From the NCBI GenBank assembly GCA_008632985.1, contig QPGO01000022.1, positions 62,001 to 126,000 on the forward strand: 64,000 nucleotides of DNA, written 5' to 3'. The stretch comes from Psammoneis japonica. Lineage: Eukaryota. Below, in pieces: positions 37,714-51,008 of this stretch (the stretch's first letter is position 1; each line of letters starts with the position of its first letter). The notes below the pieces were generated by a model. It was not told where the DNA came from and ran no database searches. It saw only the letters and a program-made list of their open reading frames with translations. A program made the position numbers and the translations under genes.

Positions 37714-38160
37714 ACATTTTCCCACAGAGAAATATGGACAAAGATTAAAGGAAAACAAGAAGTTGAGAAAACCATAAAAATACCGTGGAGTGATTTGATT
37801 CACTCACTGAGAATGTGAGAATGAAGAAACACATTTCGGCTCAAGAGAATATTCCCATTTGTTTTCATTGTGAATCAGTTTTTGGGTTGACAACAGCAGG
37901 TCCAATGGTGTCAACACAACATCGATAATGCTCGTTTTCAGCGGCGACGGCCATTGTTGCAGGTGCTCCGTGTTGATGATGTTTGTGGTTTGTGGTGCGG
38001 GGAGAAACGAGAAACGGCGCCGTCTTCAACGTGCGTGCGGCTCACTGCGATGCTGTGCAAGCGCCTGTGCTCCTGATGTGAGCGCCGGTGCTGCGCTCGC
38101 TCGCTCGCTGCGCAGCGCCCCAGACTGCGCGCGGCATGTGTGTTTTTTCATTTGCAGAGC

Positions 38161-38521
38161 GTGGCTAACGCCACCAACGCTGCTTGGGAGTTCGTCCTGC
38201 TGGCTGTGGTGGCAGTTTTGGTGGCTTCAGGCTTTGCTGGGGTGACAACTCCCCAGCCCAAAACTGCCACCAGGCAGCCCAGGGAGGGAGAGGAGGGTCA
38301 ATCACAGCTGCTCTTGCGGCCTGGACAGGCGGCGATGAGCTGCAACAAAGAATGCCGTTGGCACTCGGTTCGTTCAAGGCTGTGAGTGGCTGCGGCATCT
38401 GTCCTTCTCCCTTCCAGCCCAAATGGCTAATGCCACCAATGCTGCTTTGGAGTTCGTCCCACTGAATGTGGCGGCGGTTTTGGCGACTTCAGGCTTTGCT
38501 GGGGTGACAACTCCCCAGCCC
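38161..38521 (+). repeat. ~100-bp direct repeat pair (38161-38259 and 38423-38521)
   Basis: 'TGGCTAA.GCCACCAA.GCTGCTT.GGAGTTCGTCC...CTTCAGGCTTTGCTGGGGTGACAACTCCCCAGCCC' occurs twice. Confidence 0.85.
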
Positions 38522-41500
38522 CAGAACCGCCGCTGCTGCCAATCTTGGGGGCAAACAAGCAGGGCAGGAAAAAGAGGCAGAGCCGAGGGTGAGAAAATCA
38601 AGGGATGGCAGCAAGTGCAGCTTCATTTGCAATTTGTTGGGCAGCCAGTGGGACGTCGGAGCCAGGCAAAAGAGTGAGAAGTTCCCGTGAATTCCAAGTG
38701 CCGCTGCACCGCCGCATCAACCCCACAGTGCAATGACAATGCAAGATGCCAGCAGTTTGTTCTTCCCAACAGACAAGTGACACAATCACACCACCAAAGA
38801 AAACTGCAACACTGAGAGTCATGCCATCACACCTCCAAAGAATGACAAAATGCCATGAGTCGTTTTAACGGATCATCAAGCTTTTCATCGTCAACGGAAA
38901 ATGCCGAAAATGCCACTGCAAGTGGAAGGTCACAAATGGACAATGCATTTGATGGTTGCCTTGATGCTTCCACATTTGCTTCACAGATGCAACACCAGGA
39001 CAATGCATTGAAAAATGTTCAAAACATTTTGACAAGCGGGAGGAAAGTGACCAAGCGGAAATTGAAGGAAGCCAACAACCAGCTGGCATTGGTGCAAAAC
39101 AGCCTCTTAATTTTGCAAGCGGCAACAAAAGGAGCAACTGTGGCAGCTTCTGAAGCTGCTAGAATTCCCAATGTTGGACATGTCCACAACCACTTGAACA
39201 GTGAAAGGGCATGCAAGAAGCAAGTGGAAGAGCAGTTGAGAAAAAACCAGAAGCCGTCTCCATCTCAAGAATCAAGCACAGCACCGGCAGGTCAAAAACC
39301 TGTGCTGGCAAAATTGGAGCCCCTCATTGCATTGGAGGACATGTGCAAAGAAAATCAGCAGCTGCAATCAGAGACTCATGCCCAAAACAAGAGACCTCAT
39401 CTCACGCCGTCATCTCAATTTCATGAAAACTTCTGAATGCCGACAAACAAGGAATCAGGATTGCACAGAAAATTGGAGTTTGTTGACATGGTCCTGCTGG
39501 CTGTTCCCACATCAAAGCATGCCAAAGACATTGATTTTGCAGTGGAAAACTCAATGACTCCATTGAGCAGCCAGTGAGCGGCTGACAGGATCATCCAAAA
39601 GTGATCGCATGCCGCAGCCATGATGCGCCACTGCTTCTGCTGATGAGATTCAAGTGATTGGCAAGAAGTCAGTTCAAAACAATGGCAAGTCATTTGGGCT
39701 TGACAAAATGAAGACAGCTTTGGCTGATTGCAAATGCCCGTGTCCACAAGAGAAGCCAAGAGGTGTCACGGGTTGGCTCTGGGGAAGAACAGTGAATTGT
39801 CAATGACCAAGACAATGCAGCACAAGACTGACAATCACACCACAGCCAAGCACTCCTTGCAAGCCACTGCAACCTTGGTCATTCCATGCACCCATGCATC
39901 AGCAACTCAAGAACTGTGACACTCACCACAACCACTGGACACTCCAATGGGCAGAACAGAATCTGCCGCTGATGGCAGCTGTGATGGTCAGCCGCGGCCA
40001 TGTCCCCTCCCAAACATTGAGTTTCAGAGTGGTGCCACATCCTTGTTGCTCCACCCAAAGGCACAGTCCAAGAAGTGCACTGCTGGAGATCTTCACAAGA
40101 AGGAAGGTGCCCACGGATTGTGTCGCTTCTGCACACCTGTTGGGTTGGGAAAAAATTCATGTGCCAACACAAATTTTGGAGTGCAAGATGATGAGCATCT
40201 AAAGTGCTCTGAGCTCACCAAATCCAAGCATGTTGACAATGCTCTCCACTCCTTGCATCCATCCAAGGAAATCAGCTGAGACATGAAAGAGGGTGGTCAC
40301 GCAGTGATGAAGATGTCACAAATTTGCTCACCTCAGAAGGCCCTGATGGTTTGTTCCAATGAGATGCTGAGACCTTGAAACACCCAGAAGAGTCCAAAGT
40401 CAGCGGCACTCTTTGGCTCAAGAAATTGTGGCAATGGCGGGTCATCTGGCTGAGTGGCAAAGACAGCGTCTCTGAACTCTCCTGGATTTGAAAGCTTTGG
40501 GTTGCTTCAGATTCACTTGACTGGGACCAAGAGACAAATGGTGTCCCTCTGCAGCTTTGACAGCTGCTGTCTCACGCGCATTGTCCTCCAGTGCAAAGCT
40601 GTCCATGTGTGGGTCAAAAAGGACAATTGACTGCATTGGTCTCAGCGCCAAAAGGGGCACATGGAACACAACTTCTCAATTGACACTTGCCTTTTGCACC
40701 AAGTTACAATCAAAGCAGTGGCACTTGCTGCCAGAGAGTTCATCCCACAACGGCAGAGACTTCTGCACTTGGGCCAGTGCCGTCTTCATTGCTGTGTGGC
40801 TTTTTGCACACAGCCGGCACAGTGCCCCCCACTTCTGGCAGACAGATGTCTTTCTTCCTGTGCCTCTTAGAACAGCAGATTGGCAAGTCATCATTCAAAA
40901 TGGTGAAGCATGCACACACACACACCAGAGTGACAGATCACACATGAAGATGACCGCCTTCATGTTTGCCATGTCATGCTGGCGTGCACGCTTTGGTTCC
41001 GTTGTGGCATCGATCCACACCCGGGTGCTTGTTTTGGCTTCACTCCGCTTTTTCCTCAAACAGGTGCTGAAAATCCAGCAAAGAGAGAAGTGCACCAAAA
41101 AGCTGGAGGAAAACAACAAAAAACAATGGCAAGTGCACATGTGGGATGACTTGTGTGCAGAAGGGACACCAGCAAGTGCTGTGGTGCATGTGTGGGGTGG
41201 TGCCATTGAAAAGCAATTTCAAAGCCAATGCATCAAAAGAAAAGGGCAAATGTTGTCAAAAAACAATTCAACAATTAAAAGCAATTGTGATTTAAAACAG
41301 ATCAGTTCACAAAATTGATCAAGAGCAAAAGACAACAAAGACACACATGAAACACAAACAACAAATGCATTGTGAAATCAAATTTGGAACGTTGTTTCAC
41401 AAAAACAGCTGGAATGAAAAACACAAAGTGAAAAGCATCAAAACATGCAAATGAAAGCTGACATCAACATGTTGCGGCCTCTGATGATGGGAAAGGCAAG

Positions 41501-41829
41501 AGGAATGGAAATTCATTCAGGACCCCTGTCCATTTTATGAGCTTGGTGCCATCAGAAGCAATGGCAAGAGATGCCATGTGTGAGACAGAAGCAACATTGC
41601 AGCATTGCTTTTGTCATTCAAACACTGCGCTCTTTTTGTGTGTTTGTTTCATCCAACGCTTTGGCATCTCAAACCCAAGTCCATGGCATGTGTGAAGGCG
41701 TGCGCTGCTGCATTTCAGCGTGGCTCCTGCCAGTCACAGGGAATCAGATGTGGAAAAGGAGAACACTGGGATTTGTTGGCTGCCATGCTCACCTTGATTC
41801 TTCTTGATCATGAAGCCCAATCTGCAGTG

Positions 41830-42794
41830 CTTGGTGCATGTCCTTCCTTTGGCTTGATCCACAAGCCTGTCATGAGAGTCGTTGGCTCAATGTGTGGTTT
41901 GGACTTTCAAATGGGAGACAGCAAGCGCAGAATGTTGAAACTCCATTGGCTGTGTTCAGGGATTTGAACAAATGCATTGGACAAATGGTGCACAAGCACA
42001 TGTCTGCACTCTCAGCTTCTTTCTGCTGGAGTTTGCACCTGAAGGATCTGTGTCAAGTGCACCAGCACTTGTGGCACCCAAAGCACAGATGCTTGACGTG
42101 TCCAAGAGCATCAACCTCATCAACAGTTTGCACAGCTCAGTTCAATGTGGCCTCTCTCCTTGTTTCCATGACATGAGAGCTGGGCATCAGCTTGGTTTTG
42201 GTGCCTTTTCTGACCCTCTGGTGGGCTGCGGAGGCTGCCGAGATGGGATGACAAGAAGTTTGGCAGAGCTTCAGAAATGTTCATGCATGAAGCCTCAGGT
42301 GAAACTTCTGGAGCAACTGTTGATGAGCTCGCCACTCTTTTGACATTGGGAAGGCTCAGCACCAAGAACAGGAAGCACGCTGCAGCTGCTTTTGATGCTG
42401 CAGTGGTCAACGTTGAAATCCAAGGATTTGTGAGACAATGTGGCCACATTGCAAACCTTGCAATTTGGTTGAACACCCCCTCAAAACTCCGGCAATGGCA
42501 TGTTTCCATGCCTGGGGTGGCAACTGCTTTGTGGCTGGTAGAGCCATCAAGGGTGGCAGAATCTTGGGAGAGTGTGGTCCTTCCGACATGTCTGAGAACA
42601 GCAAAGTTGATGTTGGAAGAGGACAGCTCATCCCAACAACTTCTTGGGATCTGATCTGGCCCAGCATTGCACAATGGACCGGCATCACCAATGCTGAAGA
42701 CTTTGATCATGTCTGCCCAAATCGTGGCAATTTTGTTTCCACATTTGCCGCATTTGATTTGTTTGAGAATGCACCTCAAGATTCAATCCCGTGA
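41830..42794 (+). pseudogene. DUF1800/DUF1501-type protein fragment with internal deletions
   Basis: 'VDELATLLTLGRLS' and C-terminal 'HAWGGNCFVAGRAIKGGRILGEC..VGRGQLIPTTSWD..IAQWTG..VCPNRGNF'. TpA- and CpG-eroded. Confidence 0.7.
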
Positions 42795-43562
42795 CCCATC
42801 CCCAGAGGCAACAGAGAGATGTCTGCACCTGGAGAGCAGCAGCCTGGCAAAAGCCCCTCTCCGCCACCCATGATGCACCCCAATGCAAACTTGGAATCAT
42901 CTGCAGTGCCCCACATGGTTGTCGCCTTTGCTTCCAGCATGCTGGTCCTGTCAGTCCCAACCGGGATTCAGCCAGTTTGGTGCCTTTCCGCAAGTGCACA
43001 TTGGATGCCCATTTGTGCATTGGATGCCCATTTGCAGGAGACAAGTTGGTGAGTGACATTAGAATGAGTAACAACAACAAGAAGCTGCTGCTTCTCAATG
43101 GACAGTTCGGAGATGGAGTGCGCTCAACAGACAAAACCTCACACAATTGAGTTTGTCGAAAGACAACTGCGACGAGACGCGGTCTGCAAGAATTCGCATC
43201 AACCGGAGCACCCTTTTATCGCACTGTGCTCCCAACAAGGCTACCACCGGCAACCAACACAATGACAAAACAGATCACAAGCTCTACTTGCACAGCACAA
43301 AACAAGAGGAGGCAGTTCCCACCTACATGATGCGAATCGAAAAAGAAGCAGCAGCAAGACCCGCCTGAGCAATGACAAATTCTATGGCCACCATCGCAAT
43401 CACTTGCGAACGGAATAGAGTAACCCCCCAAAACCCCCGCTCTGCATTATATAATTTAGACCGCTGCTTCATTATGCATGAGTCGCAATGGTGAAGCACG
43501 CGCTCGCAGTGCCGGTACATCCATTGGTCGTCCCTCTCTGTGCCCTGCTAGACACTGAAACC

Positions 43563-46500
43563 TTAAGGATTTGATTCCTCAATTGAACAAATAATAACGA
43601 AGGACTCATGCCATGTAGATTTTTGGCATGAAAGGACAGTTTCAGCACTCGCAGTCCTAGATGTCCATGCTGAAAAAATGACAGGTATAATGAAAATATA
43701 GCTCCTCATCGAACGAGAACTGCGGACACTCCCGACTTCACCTCCTGGAGTCGGCTTGGGAAGTCTACTACTAGCAGGCTTGGAGCGACCTGCCGACTGA
43801 ACACCGTTCAACTGGTTTTCGTCATTTGTGCTGTCGCTGTGACCACCTGAACTTGACGACTTGATGTTTAAAGCTGCGTCTCGCGGCGGACGAGAACTAG
43901 TACCATGGCGGAAGGAATCCCTCTCCTCAGAAAGCTTCTCCTCAAACGAAGGCTTATTCTCAATCTCCAACTTCCCACCAGTGAACAAAGGGTGTTCCAA
44001 GACTTCCCTCATCGACTGGACGCGTTGGTCAGGGTCATGATGCAAGAGTTTCCTCCAACAAGTGACGGGCCACCTCATTCTCCTGGGGTACATGTTTGAG
44101 CGCCTTCCTCAGGCTGCTATCATCCCAAAGACCGACCTTACTAACTTCCGAAGAACTCATGGCTCGCTTGCCTCGGCATGCATACGGGGAGAGTGGGAGA
44201 CCCGCAATAGCCTCGTATACAACGACCCCATATGCCCAAATATCGTACGTTGTGTGGGACGAGATCGAGACTACGCAGGCGGAGACATTCTTCTTACCAA
44301 TCGCAGCGCGCTTGTTGTCAACTAGTGGGAGACCCGCAATAGCCTCGTATACAACGACCCCATATGCCCAAATATCGTACGTTGTGTGGGACGAGATCGA
44401 GACTACGCAGGCGGAGACATTCTTCTTACCAATCGCAGCGCGCTTGTTGTCAACTACGATTGCTTCTGGCGGGTGCTAAAATCCACGATTTGGATCTGTC
44501 GGTTCTCCAATCCTGACACTCCCACCGACTCCCAGCAACTTCCATCGGCTTCCAAACTTGCCAATATTGTGAGTTCCAAAGTCACCATGAATAAGTCCGT
44601 GCTCGTGCATGTGCAGCAGCGAAATACCAATCCTCTTTAGCGCCTTCTCGGGGAACTTTTTTCCGGACTTGCGAGTGTCCAGCATGAGATTCTCGGCGGT
44701 TGTATCGGCGCCTTCCATCGTGATGCAGTATCCAGGCTCCGCCATAGCCTCCGAGTACGCAGCATGCTGCACTGTGTGGTGGACACTAATAATGGCTGGC
44801 ACATAGTGCCTCGACAGGTGGTAATCTTTTCGGACTTTCAGTTCACGTTCAACGACATCAGACCTTGAAGTCAACTTCGCAATAACTTGTTGCCCCTTCT
44901 CTTTGCGAATTCGGCGCAGCTTGTCCTCGATACTCTGTTGGGACTTGGTGCTAAGCGTAGATCTCATGCTATTCCGAGATACCGCAGAGACCTGAGACGA
45001 ATCGTCCCAATCTTCCACATAGTCATTGTCCCCGCCGTCGACTTTGTCATCGTGGAGCACCGTAAAGCCACTGCCTTGCTGCTTGGGTGGTTCGTAGCGC
45101 AGCGCATAAAAGATCTGCGTATCGCTCACTGGATTCGTGTACGCCGGTCGTTGATTCACGACTTCCAAAGTATTGAACAGACGGAGCATGACACGAAGCT
45201 CATGTTTGCAAACAGGCGAAGCGGCCGTAAGAGCAATCCTACCATCGGGACCCTCGACGTGCGCAAGGGCAAGCACCTGGGGCTGCGTACAAGTTTGCAG
45301 GATTTTCGTTACAACCTGGTGATAGAGGTCGTCGGTGTTCGAGACAATGTGGTTCCACGAATAGTGGTGAGGGAGGAGCTGGGCCCGAACCTTTTCCTTA
45401 AGGTCGATCGGCATGTCACGCTTCAACAAATTGTGAACAATAAAGTGAGAATGCTCGTTCTCAGTAGCGACCTGAATGGGAAGCAAGCCAGTCTTCCGAT
45501 CAACGGAAGTTGCAAGCTGTAGAAGGAGAACAAAGAGGCGGCTAGTGAGAATACGAAGAAGGAAACTCGATCTACATAGGCGACCGTTCCAACACGTACC
45601 TCTGGTGCATGATTGAGCAAGCCCATAATCGTCCTGTCGTCTGCATTGTGCTGGAACGCCAAAAAGAGCGGGCTGTGACCGTCTCCGTTTAGAACTCCAG
45701 CACCCTCTGGGAACTGCATGATAATCGTGTTGATCACTGCCGATCTGCATTGATTCTTAATTGAAATGTGCAGAGGCAGGTCTCCATTCATATCGGTTCG
45801 CGACACCGCCGAAGAAAAGCAAGTCAACAACGTCTTGACCACAACCTGATCAACGACTTCGCCACAACGAAGAAGTAGGTGTAGCGGAAGATCGCCGTTT
45901 TCGTCGGTCCTCTTGGCCGACGCAAAGTTCTCCGCAAGAAGAGCCGTGATGACACCGATAGAAGCATAATTACGACAAGCAATGTGAAGAGGAAGGCCTC
46001 CACCTGAGTTATTGGGAGGACGATACACCATCGTATAAGCACCTTCAGGAGACTTTGAGAGCAAGAACTTAACCGTATCTACGGCGTCAAACTCAGCGGC
46101 AACATGAATAGGAAGGCGTCCCTTTTTATCGGTGTCGTTGATTCCCTCCTTGTAGGCACTGTACCTAGATAATCTCCAAGGCTGCCAAGTTGTCGTGGGC
46201 CGAAGCATGGTGGATGGGAAGAGCGCCCATATTATCTCTGTGGATAAGAGCTTTTGGATACAAAACGAGCACCATGTCGATTAGAAGAGTCCAAGCCCCG
46301 TTGTGTCGCGCAATCATATGAAGCGGTAGTTCTCCGCTCTTGGGTTCAGGGGCCTCTGATAGCTCTGGATGCTTGTCCAGCACATTCTCAACCATCGCCC
46401 AGTTCTCTTCTTGAATGTGATGAAATAGCTCCTGTTGCATATCAGAAGAGACGGCAAGGGCGTCCGTAGGAGTAGGAGGGGGCAACGAAGGCGTGATTTC

Positions 46501-49500
46501 GCGCTGAATCGGTTCGGGCGATTGGAACATTACAACCGGCGATCTGACTTTCTGTTTGACTTCCTCTTCTTCCACGGCCTTAAGCAAAGCCTCACGTGTC
46601 CGACCACCCCGATAGATCGCTTGCATGGCAGTCACTGCCATCACAATATCTTGTTCTGTCATTGAGTTGGATTCTTGCGCAATGAGCTGCATTCTGTGGT
46701 TTCTGTAGGAGCGCTGGATCTTAGTTGCAACATTCGAACGCGTACTGACAATGCTATCCACAGACTTTCGCGCGGAATGCCCTCTCCATAATTTCTGCAC
46801 CGTAGTCGCGGCACCATCCGTTCTCATCCGGCTCGCCCGCATGGCGGAAAGCTTCATGCGGAGGATACTTTGAATCATAATAGCTGCTCCCTTCATCGTG
46901 AGGAAGTATGTGCGAACAATCTTGCCTCGAACAATCTTCTGAATCGCACTCGCAGCAAAGAAGAATTTGTCCGACCTCATCGCCTCGATTCTGTCAAACG
47001 CTTCACGTCGGAGAAACACCTTTGTGCGTCCTAGCTGTAGACCAGCGACCGCACAACGGGAAGCAAATCCAGGGACAAAAATTCCTCTTCGGAGGTAGGA
47101 CGAGCGACATCGTGCCCCTCTGTTTTACCTCCTCTCGAAGTTCTGCCGTTGCTGTCCCTTTTCTTTCGTTGCTTATCTTCTGGCGTCTTTACTGAACTTT
47201 CGACAACCAAGGAAAAGGCAGGACCTCGTGGACCTGTCATTTGCTTCGTTTGCTGATCGGATTGCCGCTGTTTAGAAGCGATAACGGAATGAAAATGTCA
47301 GCGACACGAATCGATTCAACCTATAATTCGAATATTCAAAAGTAACTTACATGAGCATATTTCGGAGACGACAAGAGAGTTTCTCTACGCTTCTCCTCCA
47401 TCTCCAGAAGCGCAACAATGTGCTGATGGTCGGCTTCCCACAAATCAAATGCAATTTTCGAAATGAGACGCTTGAGCTCGGACACTTGTTCGGTGTTGGA
47501 CCGTGGCGAAAACATGGGAGACACAGGGCTAGTATCTTCAAAGTCACCAAGGATGTAGTATCGAGCCATAAACACATCGTGGGCGTATCGTGTTGGGTAG
47601 CCTGCACGACTTACACGGACAGCTTCCAGTACACCTCCACAACGAAGCTGTTCGACAATGTTTTTGGGTTCAAAGTAGTCCGGAACCTAACTCATCGTTC
47701 GGTTTGAGGCAGCGAATGTAGTGGGGTACGGTAGTGTCAATCCTCGCACGAAGCGTACGCAACTGCTCGGAGAATTGGGCACCAACAGACTTGGTGGCAA
47801 TTGTGCCGCGTCCCTCGCGATCTTCTGATCTGACATACTTTTGAATGTCCGAGATGAGGTGAAAGTCCGAAGACGTCAACAGGTCAGCGGAGGCAGCAGG
47901 AAGCTGGTCCTTGTTCTTTTCGAGCCATGAATCCGTCGTGTACTCTACGTAACCGGCGTAGTGTTCAATGCTAAACTTGTAGTCCACGCGTTGCGACGAA
48001 GTTGCGTGAAATCTAGGATGAGAATCGCACCGACCGTAAATATACCGAGTGAATTTCTGATCCATACTCTTTGGAAGGATACATTGCTCATCAAGGAGAG
48101 CGAGAATACCCCTGTGCTTCTTGTCAATCAAATCAAGGACGTCCTGGTTGTCGGGGAACGAAATGAACTTCCACAGGATTCCCTCCTTCTCGTATTCCAC
48201 TTGTTCAATCTTAAAGACAAACTTGTTGAACTGCTGCTACAGAGCTTCGTTCGTGTAGTTGATACAGAGCTGCTCGTAGTTATTAATGTCAAAGGTTTCA
48301 AAACCAAAAATATCAAGCACACCGATGGATGCTTCAGAACGCATGGACGGGTCCTCCTCGATACTATCGTTCACTCGTTCGACAATATAGTCAAACGCCG
48401 CGCCATAGACGGCCTTGATCAGGGCCTCGCATGCCTTGGTCGATTCGTCAATATGAAGCGGCTTGTGCACAATCTCATTTCCAGCCAGAATAACTCGGGT
48501 GGATAGAGAGGCAGCGAGCCCCTCAACGCTCACACCCAAGAGCGCCGTAGTCTTCAAAGCAGCTTCTGTCTCATCCAAGGTGCAGGACTCTCCATCCTTA
48601 GAGGCGGTGAACGTAATGTTACCAGCAAAGAGGACAGCCATGACAAGGCGCATGAGAGCCTGAACGGTTTCTGGTGAAAAGCCAATCGTAATCTGAATAC
48701 ATAAGAGAGTTTTAGAAAAACAAATTAGTCGAGAGAAAAACGAAGAAAAGAAAAAACGTGACGACGAAAACCACTCACCATTGCGTCAAGCATTTCTTGA
48801 TGCGTCACTTCATCGCTCACACCGTCGCGGCGATCGTACGTCCCACTCTGATTAAGCAATTTGAAATCTTCGAAGTGAAGGTTATCAATATAGAATTGCT
48901 CCCTTTCCGCCAGGGTAGCGCTGGAGAGAAACTGATAAAAGACGTGGTAGTTCCGTTCTCCTGCTGCTTGATGGATGAGTCGAACCTTTTCCAATAGATA
49001 AGTTTCAATTGAAGCGCCAGACAGCTTTCCAGACCTTGTGAAGCTAATGTCAATATATTTTCCAAAGCGGGAAGAGTTGTCGTTGCGGATCGTCCTTGCA
49101 TTTCTAAAGGATTCAAGAATCGGGTTGCTCTGCAACACTTCCTGTTCGATACTGACGTCTTCGGCAGCACCCTTGGGAAACTTACGGGGCGAAGAGCTTT
49201 GCATTTCAGCTCGCTTGCGTGAAAGCATGGCAAAGTAGTTCATGACAATCTTGGTCGTGACCGTCTTTCCCGCACCACTCTCCCCAGAAACCAAAATACT
49301 CTGGTTGGTCGGATTGTCTAGGAGGGCAACTCGACCCTTGCCTCTTGATACCTGACGTGACTGTCCCATCAGTGCAGAGTTCTCAAGTCCCCTTGTCATT
49401 GCACGGTATGCATCATCGGCAGTCTGGTATACGTGTGGTGGTAGCCTTTGATGAGACACATCTCTTCTACTGGGACGACGCTTAAAAGGCGTAACCATCC

Positions 49501-50104
49501 CGTCGACCCCGTTCTCGGTGTTAGCTCCGACCCCCTTCTCCCCCTGAATTCTATAGCGATCCATCATTTCAGACGAATAAAGACCCATTGGTTTGAACGG
49601 GTTGACCGCAATCAGGATGGGACCTGTGGCTGTGTAGATAATATCCGCATCGTACCTGAGTCGCAGGGCGTGCAGAATAGCAGGTTCGTGTAAATGCGTT
49701 AGCCCAATCAAATCGTCGACTCCTCCAACCACTGATTCGTCTACTTTGTTGGAAGGACTCGCAATAACTCCCGCTTCTGGGTCCTCTCCCACCAGATGGA
49801 AGCTCGTAGGCAAATTTCTCAGCTTAATGTCGTCGTGATCTGCAGTTTTGAGCTGTTCTGGATCCACCGTCACCACCACTTCGAACTGGTCTCGCTCATC
49901 GTAGTAACTCGAGCGCTGTCGAGCAATACTCGGTCTAGAAGGAGTCATACCCATTGTCATCTCAATGTTTGGGTCGTCCCTAAGGGTCAGGTTAAACATA
50001 TCAACTCCCTGCACCACAACTGGTGTTTTATCCGTAATAACAGCCGGCACCCATCCCCAGTGAGATCCGTCAGAGCGGAGCCATACGTGCGCTCCCACCT
50101 CCAT
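43563..50104 (-). pseudogene. Unconventional myosin (motor, IQ motifs, ankyrin repeats, kinase-like tail) with multiple disablements
   Basis: Motor motifs 'GESGAGKT', 'NDNSSRFGK', 'LDIFGFE', 'PHYIRCLKPN'. IQ repeats, ankyrin 'LPLH' repeats and kinase-like 'IHGDF..NIGK'. Introns 48693-48778, ~47268-47350 and 45517-45599. In-frame TAG at 48237-48239 and 44476-44478; frameshifts near 47686, 47067 and 46165. Confidence 0.9.
44191..44454. repeat. Near-exact ~130-bp tandem duplication inside the myosin kinase-like region
   Basis: 'AGTGGGAGACCCGCAATAGCC...GCGCTTGTTGTCAACTA' is repeated back to back. Confidence 0.9.
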
Positions 50105-51008
50105 GGTTGATGCCTTAGTTTGCTATCTGGTCGTGTAGCAGAGCGAGTAAGCAAGAGACTAATGAGTATGGTGGGTTGAATAATAATCAATGCAATCGGT
50201 CGACTTGAAGTCGCATCACACTGCAATCGATCGATCGCGACAAACGAAAGGGCCTGGAACAAAGTACCCAACAACATGCCACAGAGGTCACGAATCACAG
50301 TGTGCTCACCAGGGGATCTTTTAGAGGTAGTTCTGAGTCATCCTACCAAATTTTATGGCCCCAAGTGTCACCAGTGGTTCGTTGTATCAACGCATCCAAG
50401 GGTGGGCGAGGAGCCCGGCAACGCAAGCTTCCGCCTTTCCACTTTACCCAGTGCAAAGCCTAAACTGGTCGGTACACTACCAAGATCTTCCAAAAAGCAT
50501 GGGTGATGTCATGTTTTGACAATGAAGAGAATGTGGTTGTAGAGTAGGAAGAAAGGGTCGTCACACCGTAGACCAGATAGACACCAGATAGACACCTGCA
50601 CACATGAACTAGACACACAAAAAATCGCTCGTGAGACATGCGATTTTAGTCAAAACAAAGCCAAAACTCTCCAACATACTCACAGGCTTATCATATTTTG
50701 ACTATGATAAGATTGTCTGACAAATGCCAACGTCATAAGTGTCCTCCAGGCTCCATCGCGTCGTTTTGTTCCCAAGGCATGCACTTTTCCAAAATTTTGA
50801 CGGCCGAAAAACGACATGCCGTGATTACGAGCCGACCAAGACCCCGAGAACCACATCAAGCACGTCACATATCCAGCATAACATTCATAATGGGCACACC
50901 ACAGGATGTAGAGTGAGATGAAGAGTAAGGCTCCCAAACGGATACGCTGCAGTGGTGCAAACGACGTGAAAAGACACCAATGTTGCAGAAGCGATAATCG
51001 AGCAAATC

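Noticed and set aside
38855..41318. Transposase call for the degenerate ORFs at 38.9-41.3k
   Set aside because: The sequence is probably an eroded coding or TE remnant, but I could not identify a diagnostic motif.
43563..50104. Assigning a specific myosin class or gene symbol
   Set aside because: The domain architecture is clear, but class assignment needs a motor-domain phylogeny.
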